From Octopus bimaculoides (taxonomy: Eukaryota), in the NCBI RefSeq assembly GCF_001194135.2, contig NC_068991.1:57816843-57871070 (forward strand): a stretch of DNA of 54,228 nt. Reading direction: 5' to 3'. The translations under genes and the position numbers were made by a program. This document shows, piece by piece, positions 36,508 through 47,654 of the stretch (positions are counted from its first letter, which is position 1; every line of letters starts with the position of its first letter). Below the pieces are notes generated by a model, which saw only the letters and a program-made list of their open reading frames with translations, did no database searches and was not told where the DNA came from.

Positions 36508-37734
36508 TTTAATTTCTAAACATTTCTAAAGTATAATTGTATTCGTCGTTTAATCCTTGATTTAATTTTCGGCATTTAAATATAAATATATGGCGTATAT
36601 ATAACTAAAGCTAGAATTAATTATAACAACGTCACAGCTTTGCGCAATGTTTCAAATTGATTCAATAATATTTCGTGACAATGACAAATTTCAAAGAACC
36701 CTGCGGGGGGAAAAAACAGAACATGATTCGAGGCTTATTATCACAATATTTCGTTCCATGATATTTTTTGCCTTTTCAAAGGTGTTTTTTTAAAACAGCA
36801 CATTTCGTCTCATTTCGTACAACAAAGGTAAAACTGTATGTTCTATGATGTGTCTATTGCTTGAATACTTTAACTAGATGAGACATTCCATATCGAATTA
36901 CGTTTTTGATATTTTTTTCCAAAAAATATTTAGACATCATTTGTTATTGGCGTCCTCTAATGCATTGTTATTTTGTTCATGCAAAAGAATAGAATAGAAA
37001 ATGAAATATTCTCAATGTATTATAAATGATTTAATACAATGAGTTCTTCAAGAGACAGAATAGCGTAGTTTTCTCAAACAAAAGCTCAACCAAAACAAAT
37101 TCATATAAAAATCATTTTTATAATGTAGAAACCATACCGACTTGAACATTAATCAAAGTCGCTAACTTTACTGCTTCACAAAGGTAGTAATGGTTTTAAT
37201 AATAAAAATGAGAAAAACCCAATGGAAAAAAAATATGTGTTTATAAATCAAAGAATTAATGAAATAAAAAAAATTCAAAAAAACGTTAACTTAAAAATAA
37301 TTATATGAACTACATTTAAAAATGCAATTATAAACATTATTATCACAAAAAATATACAGATAGAATAAAAAAAAACACTCACTAAATGTATAAAATTCTA
37401 AATTAACAAATAATTATCTCCTTTTATTTTATTGTTTTGTTTTTCTTTTAATATAATTTTCCGATGTCGAAAACCATCAATAATGGGAGTGGGGGCGGAG
37501 GGTGAATAACAAAATCTTTTATTTTTATTTTGAACAAATTTGAAATGTCTTGAGTTTTTGTTTGCGTTTATTTTTCGACTTGAACTTATTTATTTCTTTA
37601 TTCGTTTAATTTTTGTGTACCTGAAGCGAAGAAAATTTCATTTTTACCTTCTCACAATAGCTTTCTTCAGTTCTCGTTCTCCATCTACCTGTCACTCACA
37701 AGCACACGTACTTGCTTTCACTCACTAAGTTTCT

Positions 37735-37757
37735 CTCCCAATCTCTCTCTGTCTTTC

Positions 37758-37815
<58 letters not shown>

Positions 37816-37976
37816 ACTCTGTCAGTCGCTTTCTCACTCTATCTCTTTCTCTCTGTATGCACGTTTCTTTCTGTATGTCTCTTTCTCTCCCCGTGTACAT
37901 TTCTCTCTATCCCCCACCTTCCTTCTCTGTGTCTGCTTCATTTTATCTCTCTCCCTCCCTCCCTGTCTCTCTCTCT

Positions 37977-38044
<68 letters not shown>

Positions 38045-38118
38045 TTCTCTCTTTCTTCTTTGGTGTGTGTTTTTTTCTGTCTGTCTCTTCTCTGTTTCTC
38101 ACGTTTTCTTTCTTTCTC

Positions 38119-38158
<40 letters not shown>

Positions 38159-38217
38159 ATTCGTTCTATCTGTCTGTCTATCTGTCTGTCATTATCTATC
38201 ATTATATGTCATTCTTA

Positions 38218-38249
<32 letters not shown>

Positions 38250-38320
38250 TTTCTCTTTCTCTCTCGCCCTCCACCCTCTCCCTCTCTCTCTCTGTCTCTC
38301 TCACACACACACAGACACAT
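37735..38320. repeat. (CT)n/(CTTT)n/(CTGT)n polypyrimidine tract
   Basis: Direct; source of the SLSL/RERE pseudo-ORFs. Confidence 0.95.
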
Positions 38321-38393
38321 TCTCGCAATAGATTGCATATTACTGTTTTCATTATAATTTTATCTGTTGCAGTATGTAACATTCTCATGGTAA

Positions 38394-38840
38394 GGCGGCG
38401 AGCTGGCAGAAACGTTAGCACGCCGGGCGAAATGCTTAGCGGTATTTCGTCTGCCGTTACGTTCTGAGTTCACATTCCGCCGAGGTCGACTTTGCCTTTC
38501 ATTCTCTCGGGGTCAATTAAATAAATACCAGTTGCGCACTGGGATCAATGTAATCGACTTAATCCCTTTGTCTGTCCTTGTTTGTTCTGTCTATGTTTAG
38601 CCCCCTGTGGGCAATAAAGAAATAAGAAACGTTAGCACGCCGGACGAAACGCTTAGCGGTATTTCGTCTGCCACTACGTTCTGAGTTCAAATCCTGTCGA
38701 GGTCGACTTTGCCTTTCGTCCTTTCGGAGTCGATTAAATAAGTATCAGTTATGCACTGGAGTCGATGTAATCGAATTTATCCATTTGTCTGTCCTTGTTT
38801 GTCCCCTCTATGTTTAGCCCCTTGTGGGCAATAGAGAAAT
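38394..38840 (+). mobile_element. Head-to-tail dimer of SINE group A
   Basis: Full unit 38394-38626, then a second unit starting AAACGTTAGCACGCC at 38627 and ending in (GAT)n. Confidence 0.92.
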
Positions 38841-38944
38841 GATGATGATGATTATTATTATGTTGATGATGATAACAATGATGATGATGATGTTGATGGA
38901 AATGATGCTGCTGTTGCAAACGTAGTTATAGGAGAGCTGGCAGA

Positions 38945-39812
38945 TTGAGTGTCGTGTGTTTTGAGTAACAAAATTGTAGAATACAAAAAATTTAAATTGA
39001 ATTATTGTAGTTTTGAACCATTATTATATGATCCATTTTGATCCATTAAAGGGCCAATAGGTTTATATGTAGATGAGTTTTGTTTATCAAAGTGGAAAGA
39101 AAAACTTCGGATTCCATATCATATTCTCCACTGCGCGCTGTTCCATTTAGAAGTTTCTTTTTTATAAGGCATTATTATATATATAGTTCGATGTTCTTTA
39201 GTTTTTTATTTTATTTTCGCTATCTCATCTTCTGAGAAAGTTTGGCTTGTTAATGTGGTTTTGTTACGCATTAATATACGTCTGTTTCACGGAGTCAAGT
39301 TCTTTCGAGAACAGGCGTGTTTATATGGAGCATGCTTATGAGAGATATTAATTAACTCTTCATACAGAAGCTTCATTCCCTCGACAACATTGAGATTGCC
39401 AATGTGCTGAAACCTATTTTGAGCATCTCACCGTCGATTTCATTTCACTTGTCCTGCCTCAAATTCAAGTTCATGGGAGGTAAGTTATGTTTGATGTTAT
39501 ATGCGTGTTGCCCTCTGTGAACGATATGTAGACAATTGTATAATGCTGCAGTCTGAAATAGCAATTGGAATGGCGTGAACATTACGAAGAAGGTATGTGT
39601 TTGTGGTTAAGACTAGGTCTCGACGGTAGGTAATGCCTATAATCATTTTGAGGTCGATCAAATTCATTATTAAAGTATCACATCGTGTTGAAGTAGGAAG
39701 AAAAAACATTTGTTGCCAGTCCTTCACTGGTGAAGAGCAGAACTCCTCCTTGATTCCGTATTCTGCGGTCGGTTTTGTGTAGTACATAACACGAATTCTG
39801 AACTACACCTCT
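38945..39812 (-). mobile_element. Decayed CR1-like LINE ORF2, APE endonuclease and linker fragments
   Basis: YVLHKTDRRIRNQGGVLLF then (frameshift) MIIGITYR match the APE motifs RxDRxxxxGGGV and IxGxxYR. NPKFFFHFDKQ...PIGPLMDQNG matches the CR1 linker NPKxFFxY...IGPLxDxNG. Confidence 0.8.
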
Positions 39813-39883
39813 CTTATCTGTTCAATTAATATGTGTGTGTGTTTTTGTGTGTGTGCATGTGTGTGTGTGCGTGCCTAGGTGTC

Positions 39884-39914
<31 letters not shown>

Positions 39915-39924
39915 ATGAATATGA

Positions 39925-39967
<43 letters not shown>

Positions 39968-40539
39968 CAAACGCACACATATACAGAGAGAGTGTGTGTG
40001 TAGGTGTGTGTGGAGAGACGGAGGGAAAAGGAAATAGATACTTAACAAACTAAACGAGAAAGCTAATTTATTTTCTGTAAACGTTTAAGAAATTATTAAT
40101 CTTTGTAAAGTGATAAATTGAATTGTTCGTGGCAGTTAATTTCATTCATAAAAAAAGTGAAAGAAAACTTGTGTAGTTTACCACTTTTTGAGAGCTCTAA
40201 CGCCAAGAAATTCACTTGGCAATGAGCAAAGCTAAGGCTTCAATATTCAAGAATGCTATGTTTTGTACAGGTTCACACCTTTTCAAATTTTCCCTTGCTG
40301 TTTTCTTTACAACAGGCAAGTTGGCAACTCAGGCATCACAAGTTACTCCCGAAATACGCACAGAGTCCATTCTCATGAATTTGGCAACATATTTTTCATG
40401 TTTAATGCCTAACATCACGGGAATATCAGAAACATTCGGTTTGGACTATAAATGATTTCAGAGATACAAGTTAGCAGTTTACCGTATCTCTCTTTTATGT
40501 AATTATTTTTATCGTATATGTAGATGTGAAAATAATAAC

Positions 40540-40602
<63 letters not shown>

Positions 40603-40635
40603 GGTGGTGGTAATGGTGATAATAAAATGATAATA
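40540..40635. repeat. (GAT)n-(GGT)n microsatellite
   Basis: Direct. Confidence 0.95.
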
Positions 40636-40636
40636 A

Positions 40637-40975
40637 TAGCCCTGCTAGGAGTAGCCCACATCCTACGCCAGGCACTATCAATTCAATAATACAAGCTAAA
40701 CGAAACAACCTACAAACACAAGATACACTACATACAGCAATTATCCAGGGAAATAAACTACCAACAGCAAGCTAGATAACCAACGCATTATACATTCAAC
40801 ACATAATACAAGTAGTAACACAACAAAAGACTGCACCATACCTCAAGAAATAAAAAAATACCAGTAAGACTTTGCTCACGCCCAACAACAGAAACGAACA
40901 CACAATACTGCACACAACCCAGTAACACAGAGGTGATGTAGTAGAAATTTGCCGAAAATTACTGAATGTGGAAAA
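40637..40975 (+). mobile_element. 3' stub of R4/Dong-like LINE, same type as 7540-7717
   Basis: IALLGVAHILRQALSIQ* plus a 3' UTR ending ...CACAGAG...ATTACTGAATG, then (AAT)n at 40981-41066. Confidence 0.75.
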
Positions 40976-40988
40976 ATTATATAATAAC

Positions 40989-41062
<74 letters not shown>

Positions 41063-41068
41063 TAATAA

Positions 41069-41410
41069 ATGTGACACCTCAAGGCGACTACCGTACCAGT
41101 GATTGTAGGATCTCTAGGAATGATAAAAAAAAGGAACTGAAACCTATTTGAAAATGATACCAGGCTTACCATCCCCACAGGAAGTGCAAAAAATCTTGTT
41201 AACTGGAACGACTCATGTACTGAGAAGAGCATTATCGCTGTGAAAGCAACATCCATTCATGAATTTATTTACTTATTATTTTTCTTTTTAGATACATACT
41301 TTACCTGTGAGTTTGCGTGTGTAAACTGGGAATGCATACAATGAGTTTCTCTGCTCTAGGTGTTCGGAAAACACTCGGCGAGAAACGGAAGAAAATTTGA
41401 AGAAAAAAGA
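41069..41410 (+). mobile_element. 3' stub of a second R4/Dong-like LINE subfamily
   Basis: M*HLKATTVPVIVGSLGMIKK/(+1)/GTETYLKMIPGLPSPQEVQKILLTGTTHVLRRALSL* matches the RLE C-terminus (VPVIVGALG...QKxxLxGTxHxLRR). The 3' UTR extent is inferred. Confidence 0.8.
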
Positions 41411-41417
41411 AAAAAAA

Positions 41418-41591
41418 ACAACAGCTTGGCACCAGTGATGTCACAACTCATTTCTACAGTTGAGTGAACTGGAGCAAAGTGAAATAAAGTGTCTTGCTCA
41501 AGAATACAACGCGCAACCCGGTCCGGGAATCGAAGTGACAACCTCACGATCGTAAGCTCGACGCTCTAACCACTGAGCTACGCGCCTTCAC
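41418..41591 (-). mobile_element. Arg-head/CORE-like SINE, 3'-truncated
   Basis: Minus strand GTGAAGGCGCGTAGCTCAGTGGTTAGAGCGTCGAGC-TTACGAT-CGTGAGG...TTCGATTCCCGG, core TTCTTGAGCAAGACACTTTATTTCAC, tail GTTGTGACATCACTGGTGCCAAGCTG. Confidence 0.85.
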
Positions 41592-42534
41592 ACACACACA
41601 CACACATGCATGTATATGTGTCCATCATCATCTCAAGACAACCTCTATCTGTTTCTCTACCTGTCCTAATCACAAGGTCTTGAAAAAGAGAACGATAGAG
41701 TATGTACACTTTCTAAATCTAAATGAGTTGAATCCTGTAAAGAAAAACCCATGAATGTGGTGCCCCAGCATGGGCGCCATCGAGTAACTAAAACAAACGA
41801 AAGATAAACTATATTTTCATTCTCTTTCCATGATGTGTTGTGTGTTCTCCTTCCTTCTTCAGTCTCTCCAACTGTATCCCCTGCACTTATTCTGTTATTG
41901 CTCTTCCACGTTTTCTCTCCTTACTCTTCCAAGCTTTCCCTCCTTGCTCTTCCTCAGCTTCTCAGTGTATTTGTCCGTCTCACACGTGATCTCAGTTTCT
42001 GTCTTTGCACAATATAAACAGACACAGGCACAAAAATAACTTTCACAATGCATCCAATATTTCTACTGCCTTCATTCTTGCTATGTGTCTTATTTCGATT
42101 GCCAATCTCCACCTCCTCATTCTACTCCTTCACATTTACCCATCCTTCTTTCCTAGAACAACAACACTTACACTCCAATCTCCACCACCACCACCACCAC
42201 CAGATCGTATTTATGTCTCTCTAGTATATCTGGTTAATTAGTTGACAGTCTTGTCATGATACTGAAATTACATTTTGCGTCGCAATTTCCTTAGTTTGAT
42301 AGCTCGATGTCTTGGGTTACATTGAAACACTGGACGGATAACCCGTCGACATTAATGCCAAATGATAAAGATAAGACTTTCATTGACTTTTCAGCAGAGT
42401 ATTTCTATTGTAGAGATGCATTGAATGCTCGCCTGATTCCCAACGGCACTTTATCAATGAACGTTGGTGAGAGATAGTTATCGTAATAGATAGGAAGTTC
42501 GATATGGAACAATTTCAACAAGGAAATTGAGGCG

Positions 42535-42565
<31 letters not shown>

Positions 42566-43151
42566 NNNNNNNNNNNNNNNNNNNNNNNNNNNNNNNNNNN
42601 NNNNNNNNNNNNNNNNNNNNNNNNNNNNNNNNNNNNNNNNNNNNNNNNNNNNNNNNNNNNNNNNNNNNNNNNNNNNNNNNNNNNNNNNNNNNNNNNNNNN
42701 NNNNNNNNNNNNNNNNNNNNNNNNNNNNNNNNNNNNNNNNNNNNNNNNNNNNNNNNNNNNNNNNNNNNNNNNNNNNNNNNNNNNNNNNNNNNNNNNNNNN
42801 NNNNNNNNNNNNNNNNNNNNNNNNNNNNNNNNNNNNNNNNNNNNNNNNNNNNNNNNNNNNNNNNNNNNNNNNNNNNNNNNNNNNNNNNNNNNNNNNNNNN
42901 NNNNNNNNNNNNNNNNNNNNNNNNNNNNNNNNNNNNNNNNNNNNNNNNNNNNNNNNNNNNNNNNNNNNNNNNNNNNNNNNNNNNNNNNNNNNNNNNNNNN
43001 NNNNNNNNNNNNNNNNNNNNNNNNNNNNNNNNNNNNNNNNNNNNNNNNNNNNNNNNNNNNNNNNNNNNNNNNNNNNNNNNNNNNNNNNNNNNNNNNNNNN
43101 NNNNNNNNNNNNNNNNNNNNNNNNNNNNNNNNNNNNNNNNNNNNNNNNNNN

Positions 43152-43214
<63 letters not shown>

Positions 43215-43663
43215 GAAGAACAGAAAGAGACAGAAAGAAAAAGACTGAAAAACAGACGGAGAGGAACAGAGGGAAAGAGAGACAAACAGAGAGACAGACA
43301 GAAAGAGAAAGACTGTCAAACAGAGAGGAACAGAGAGAGAGAGAGAGAGATAAACACAGAGAGAGATAAACAGAGAGAGAGATAAACAGAGAGAGAGAGA
43401 GAAACAGAGAGAGAGATAGAGACAGAAAGAGAACGACTGACAAACAGACGGAGAGGAACAGAAAGAGAGAGACAGACAGAGACAGACAGAGAGAGAGAGA
43501 GACAAGACTGACAAAAAGAGAAGAACAGAGAGAGAGAGGAACAGAGAGATAGAGACAAACGGAGAGAGACAGAAATACCAAGACTGACAGAGAGGAACAG
43601 GGATTGAGAGAGAGACAAACAGAGAGAGACTGAAGGAAAAAGACTGACAAACAGACGCAGAGG

Positions 43664-43753
<90 letters not shown>

Positions 43754-44017
43754 AACATACGGAGGAGCAGAGAGATAGAAACAGAGAGAGACATAAAGAG
43801 AAGACTGACATACAGAGAGAGAGAGGGGGAGAGGGGGGACAAGCAGTGAGAGACAGAAACAGAAAGACTGACAAACAGAGAGGATCAAAGAGAGAGAAAA
43901 ACAGAGAGATGCAGTAAGAAAAAGACTGACAAACAGACAGATATGAACAGAGAGAGTGAGAGAGTGAGAGAGACAAAGAGAGAGAGACAGAAAGAAAAAG
44001 ACTGACAAACAGAGAAA
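43152..44017. repeat. (GA)n tract containing a degenerate 60-75 bp minisatellite
   Basis: The anchor AAGACTGACAAACAGA(CG)GAGGAACAG recurs about 10 times. Confidence 0.85.
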
Positions 44018-44079
44018 AAAATTCAATGACAACAGAATTGAAGATGAATATTACAGTAAGTTTTGATATTCCTATAGGA

Positions 44080-44322
44080 GTGAAGGTTCGTGGCTTAATG
44101 GTTCAGGTATGTGACTCACGATCTTTACTTTGTGAAAACGATTCCCGGCAGCACCTTGTATTCTTGACCATGACACGTTATTCCAGTCAACTCCGCTGGC
44201 AAAAATGAGTTGTATCTACAGTTCTGTGTGAGACTGAATTTTCCCGAGGATTATGTTAATGTTATGCATGCTTTTAGAGTGGCCAACCGCGTGCACGTTA
44301 ATTTCACGAACAAGCTGTTCTG
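44080..44322 (+). mobile_element. Old Arg-head SINE with group C tail
   Basis: GTGAAGGTTCGTGGCTTAATGG...GACTCACGATC head, GCTGGCAAAAATGAGT core end and GTGCACGTTAATTTCACGAACAAGCTGTTC tail. Confidence 0.7.
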
Positions 44323-44511
44323 TACATCAGAGTGTCAGTTTATATACGGAAACACAAATAAACACATACACTGATGCACACACATGCGTAAAAATATCTG
44401 AAGATTTCAATATGAAAAAATGGCTTTTTTTTCAAGGAATATTTGGAACCTTATTAAACTAGTTTGATAAGTTCCAACGCACGAACCTCTCATCCCATGA
44501 GGCACGCTATT

Positions 44512-44659
44512 ACAAGCTTCTTTCAATTTGTATCTACCAAGGCTTTAGTCGGCCTGAAGATATAGTAAAAACACTTGCCCAGTATGTTACACAATGCGGC
44601 TGAACCCAGGATCATACGGTTGCCAACCAATCTTCTTGCCGCACAGCCACGCCTGCACT
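44512..44659 (-). mobile_element. SINE group B head
   Basis: AAGGCTTTAGTCGGCCTG...ACACTTGCCCAG...CTGAACCCAGGATCAT...CACAGCCACGCCTGCAC. Confidence 0.8.
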
Positions 44660-44929
44660 TGTGAATATTTTCATTGTGAACCCACACTGCTGTAGTTCAT
44701 TCAGGAAAAAATGTATGCACGGGAATTTAATACTCCTTCCATTCTGTTTCGGTGAGTTTGAAAAGTAACACTACGACAGGCTTTTTTCCTTGCATGTGCC
44801 TATACAACAAAAAGAAAGGAAAACAAAAAGAGAGCGAAAAGTAAAGTTGTTTCCGTTACTTCATATCTAATTACTTAGACATGTTTTCTTCGTCTGTCTG
44901 TCTTTCGTCGACGCTGACTGTTCTTGTTC

Positions 44930-45545
44930 AAAAATAATCTCTAACAGACCTCGAATCTGGGTAAAAAAGTATGCTTTTGATCATGACATATGCTGCAGGT
45001 GATGCTACTTGACGCAACGGAAAAGCAACGCCTCTCGTGTGCTGTTTCCTATTTTCTTTGTTGTTTTTTCTTAATGGCTGGGTTACGGGCTTCAGCGATT
45101 GGTATCATTCAATGCGCCGCAGGGCCTTCTCCCAGGTACATTGGAAGATACCGGAATTCTTCATATGTCTCTTCAACACATCCGTGTATCACAAATACTG
45201 GCCACCACGGCTCTGCCTACCTTGGCACGATTCAGCGAAAAAACTGCATTTGGGAGCCTGCCAACAACAGTTCTGCAAATTTTCCCGCCTATTGCAACTG
45301 CGATGTGGCAATGATAGCCTCCGCACTAACTGCGCCAGTCTAGCGCAGGGCAGGATCTCTTCATCAAAAATGCGATCCTGCCATCTCACATGAAAGATAG
45401 AGCACAGATGAAGAAGTTTGACTTGTGTCAGGTCTTTGATGTGTTTGCTGGAGAGGGATATGCATTCCGTGGCTTAGAGAAAGCAAGCGAGCACTGCAGC
45501 GTTGTACACCTTTGATAGGTAACGCCGCACCGAATGAGGTAAGCA
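44930..45545 (-). mobile_element. Decayed RTE-clade LINE, ORF C-terminus
   Basis: KVYNAAVL...HLCSIFHVRWQDRIFDEEIL...APKCSFFAE...GRQSRGGQYL*YTDVLKRHMKNSGI...WE, plus a terminal CSIC, match RTE post-RT motifs (IxWQDRIxNxEVL, GxRxxGGQxxRxxD). Confidence 0.85.
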
Positions 45546-45889
45546 AAACTATTCCAAATTAAATGAAATTTACTTCTTAGCTAGTGAATGAAATTTTCAG
45601 AAGCGTCTAGCACTAACTATTGTAAAAAGGGGAGATAATAATAAATTAAGTATTAATATTATTTCACAGGTAACTCAACGTTGAAGTGTTAGTCGTTGCA
45701 GCTGATGGCCATCGATTTGTTTAATCTCAGGTTAACCTTGGAATAGAAGACTAATTGAACAGATTTATCGTTCTTGATTAACACACATTTTCTTACACTG
45801 CCATCGATCGCATTTTACCGTCTTCTTTGATTATTTTGTGCAATGGCGCCTTCTCGTCGATGCCGTCGTTCTTTCTGTGTTCATGTTGC

Positions 45890-46153
45890 AGACGTTGCTG
45901 CTTTTATTGTTATTACTGTCGTTGTTGTAGTTGTTATACCGTTGTTATTGTTGTTGTGGTTGCTGCTGCTGCTGCTGCTGTTGCTGCGGGTGATGATGAT
46001 GAACATCATCATAGTTCTGTAGCTTTTCTTCTTCTTCTTCTTCTTCTTCTTCTTCTTCTTCTTCTTCTTCTTCTTCTTCTTCTTCTTCTTCTTCTTCTTC
46101 TTCACTATTAATATTATTTCTGTTAGTTTCCTTCTACTACTACTACTACCACC

Positions 46154-46214
<61 letters not shown>

Positions 46215-46215
46215 A
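45890..46215. repeat. Compound trinucleotide microsatellite (TTG)(GCT)(CTT)n(CTA)(CCA)
   Basis: Direct; pure (CTT)n at about 46026-46103. Confidence 0.95.
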
Positions 46216-46652
46216 ACCACTAAAATTTACCCGCAGACATGCTCATGATTGTATGAATAGTACTATTTTCGCACACATTTTTTTTTCCTTTTTACGCCAC
46301 TGGACTAGTAGTAGGTGTTGTGGTTGCTGTCATTGTTGTTGCTGTTGTTGTTAGCGCTGCCACTACAGCTCTTACTGCTGTAATTGCTGCTGCTGCTGCT
46401 GTTGTTGTCAGAATATCTGAAAGTCCATTGAATTTTCCACGTTTCGTGTTGATTTATTGCTTCCAGTACATTAGCTTCAATTAGTTGATTGTTTACATTA
46501 TGGTATTTATATTGTTGTTTTTTTTTTACGACGATGGATGCGTGGGTTGTCATCGTTGTTCCTGTTTAGCCCTCGGTCAGCATTTGATGAAGCAAAACTA
46601 GGTTTAAAGACATTCCATTCATGACGACCATCATATCGTTATAATACATACA

Positions 46653-46688
<36 letters not shown>

Positions 46689-46862
46689 TTAAAAGTTATG
46701 GATGGTCATATAGTGACCACTGGTATCGCACCTATTAGGCAATTAGAAGTATAGGAAACTCGTCATACTCCAATGAGTGAAAGCGTATGACTTTTGTACG
46801 GTTACATGAAGAAATACATAACAGTCATTTTTTTTTGTAAACAAAAATATTACCTGAGGGAA

Positions 46863-47148
46863 AATTCCGTAATAGATATGAAGATAAATTTAGAGCTACA
46901 GACATTATTACAAAAATACCACATAGATATAGATTTAGCCTATAATAATGGATATCAAAATATGACTAGTTCTTCAGAAGTTACGAGATTTGAAGTTACT
47001 TACATATCCCAATGTTATTAATTTTTTTCACAAATAACATAATAATATTGTTGTAATAAGAATACAAATTATAAACTACATCTAATTACTATTAGTGTAA
47101 CTATTATTGTGGTTATTATATTTAGTTAGTAAGTGAAATAAAAAAATA

Positions 47149-47219
<71 letters not shown>

Positions 47220-47654
47220 CATCATCATCATCATCATAACTTAATTAATAAATTAAATGAATATATTTATACATATAATTATTTAGCATAATGAAGACAT
47301 CTTATTTGTGTGATGTAATTATATTAAATTACTAATATAATGATTAATAAAATATAAGAATTAATAAAATTTGGATATGTACTGCATATAGTCTTTTAAT
47401 TAAATAAGATATTAATTATATTTATCGAGAACCAATGCTCGATCTTTGTTTTGTTTATATTACTTATATTTACTGAGTTCTACCTTCAATAATATACGAA
47501 TAATAATCCTTATTTAAGTAACTTCAGATCTCGATACATCTAAAAAACTAGTAATATTTTTATATCCATTATTATAGCCTAAATTTATATCAATGGGGTA
47601 CTTTTGTAATAGTGCTTGTAGCTTTAAATTTATCTTCATATTTATTACGGAAAT
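46863..47654. repeat. Fold-back/MITE-like element with 140-bp inverted arms
   Basis: 46863-47002 and 47515-47654 are colinear reverse complements, about 80-85% identical by eye. The AT-rich spacer contains (TTA)n(TCA)n. Confidence 0.85.

Noticed and set aside
39368-39479. Apparent exon (CATACAG acceptor, GAG|GTAAGT donor, frame KLHSLDNIEIANVLKPIL...)
   Set aside because: It lies antisense inside the CR1-like remnant and the peptide is unrecognisable. Exonisation cannot be shown without RNA data.
40180-40510. 79-aa + ORF with a strong acceptor, and minus-strand KERYGKLL...IPVMLG resembling RLE
   Set aside because: Neither reading is convincing; the motif match is too weak to call.
23884-41591. 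tRNA genes at SINE heads (23884, 31177, 33946, 41520-41591)
   Set aside because: A/B boxes and ACG/GCG loops are present, but acceptor stems are not intact and each continues into a SINE body.
2873-46105. Homopolymer and dipeptide ORFs (poly-I/L/Y/T/N/K/H, SLSL, RERE, YIYI, CVCV)
   Set aside because: Translations of microsatellites, open in several frames and on both strands; no coding evidence.
17865-46635. Short TGTTTA(A/G)(C/T)C(C/T)C(A/G)GGT motif after GTT/GAT-rich repeats at about 17865, 45718 and 46562
   Set aside because: Possibly a small repeat family, but similarity is too short and degenerate to define boundaries by eye.
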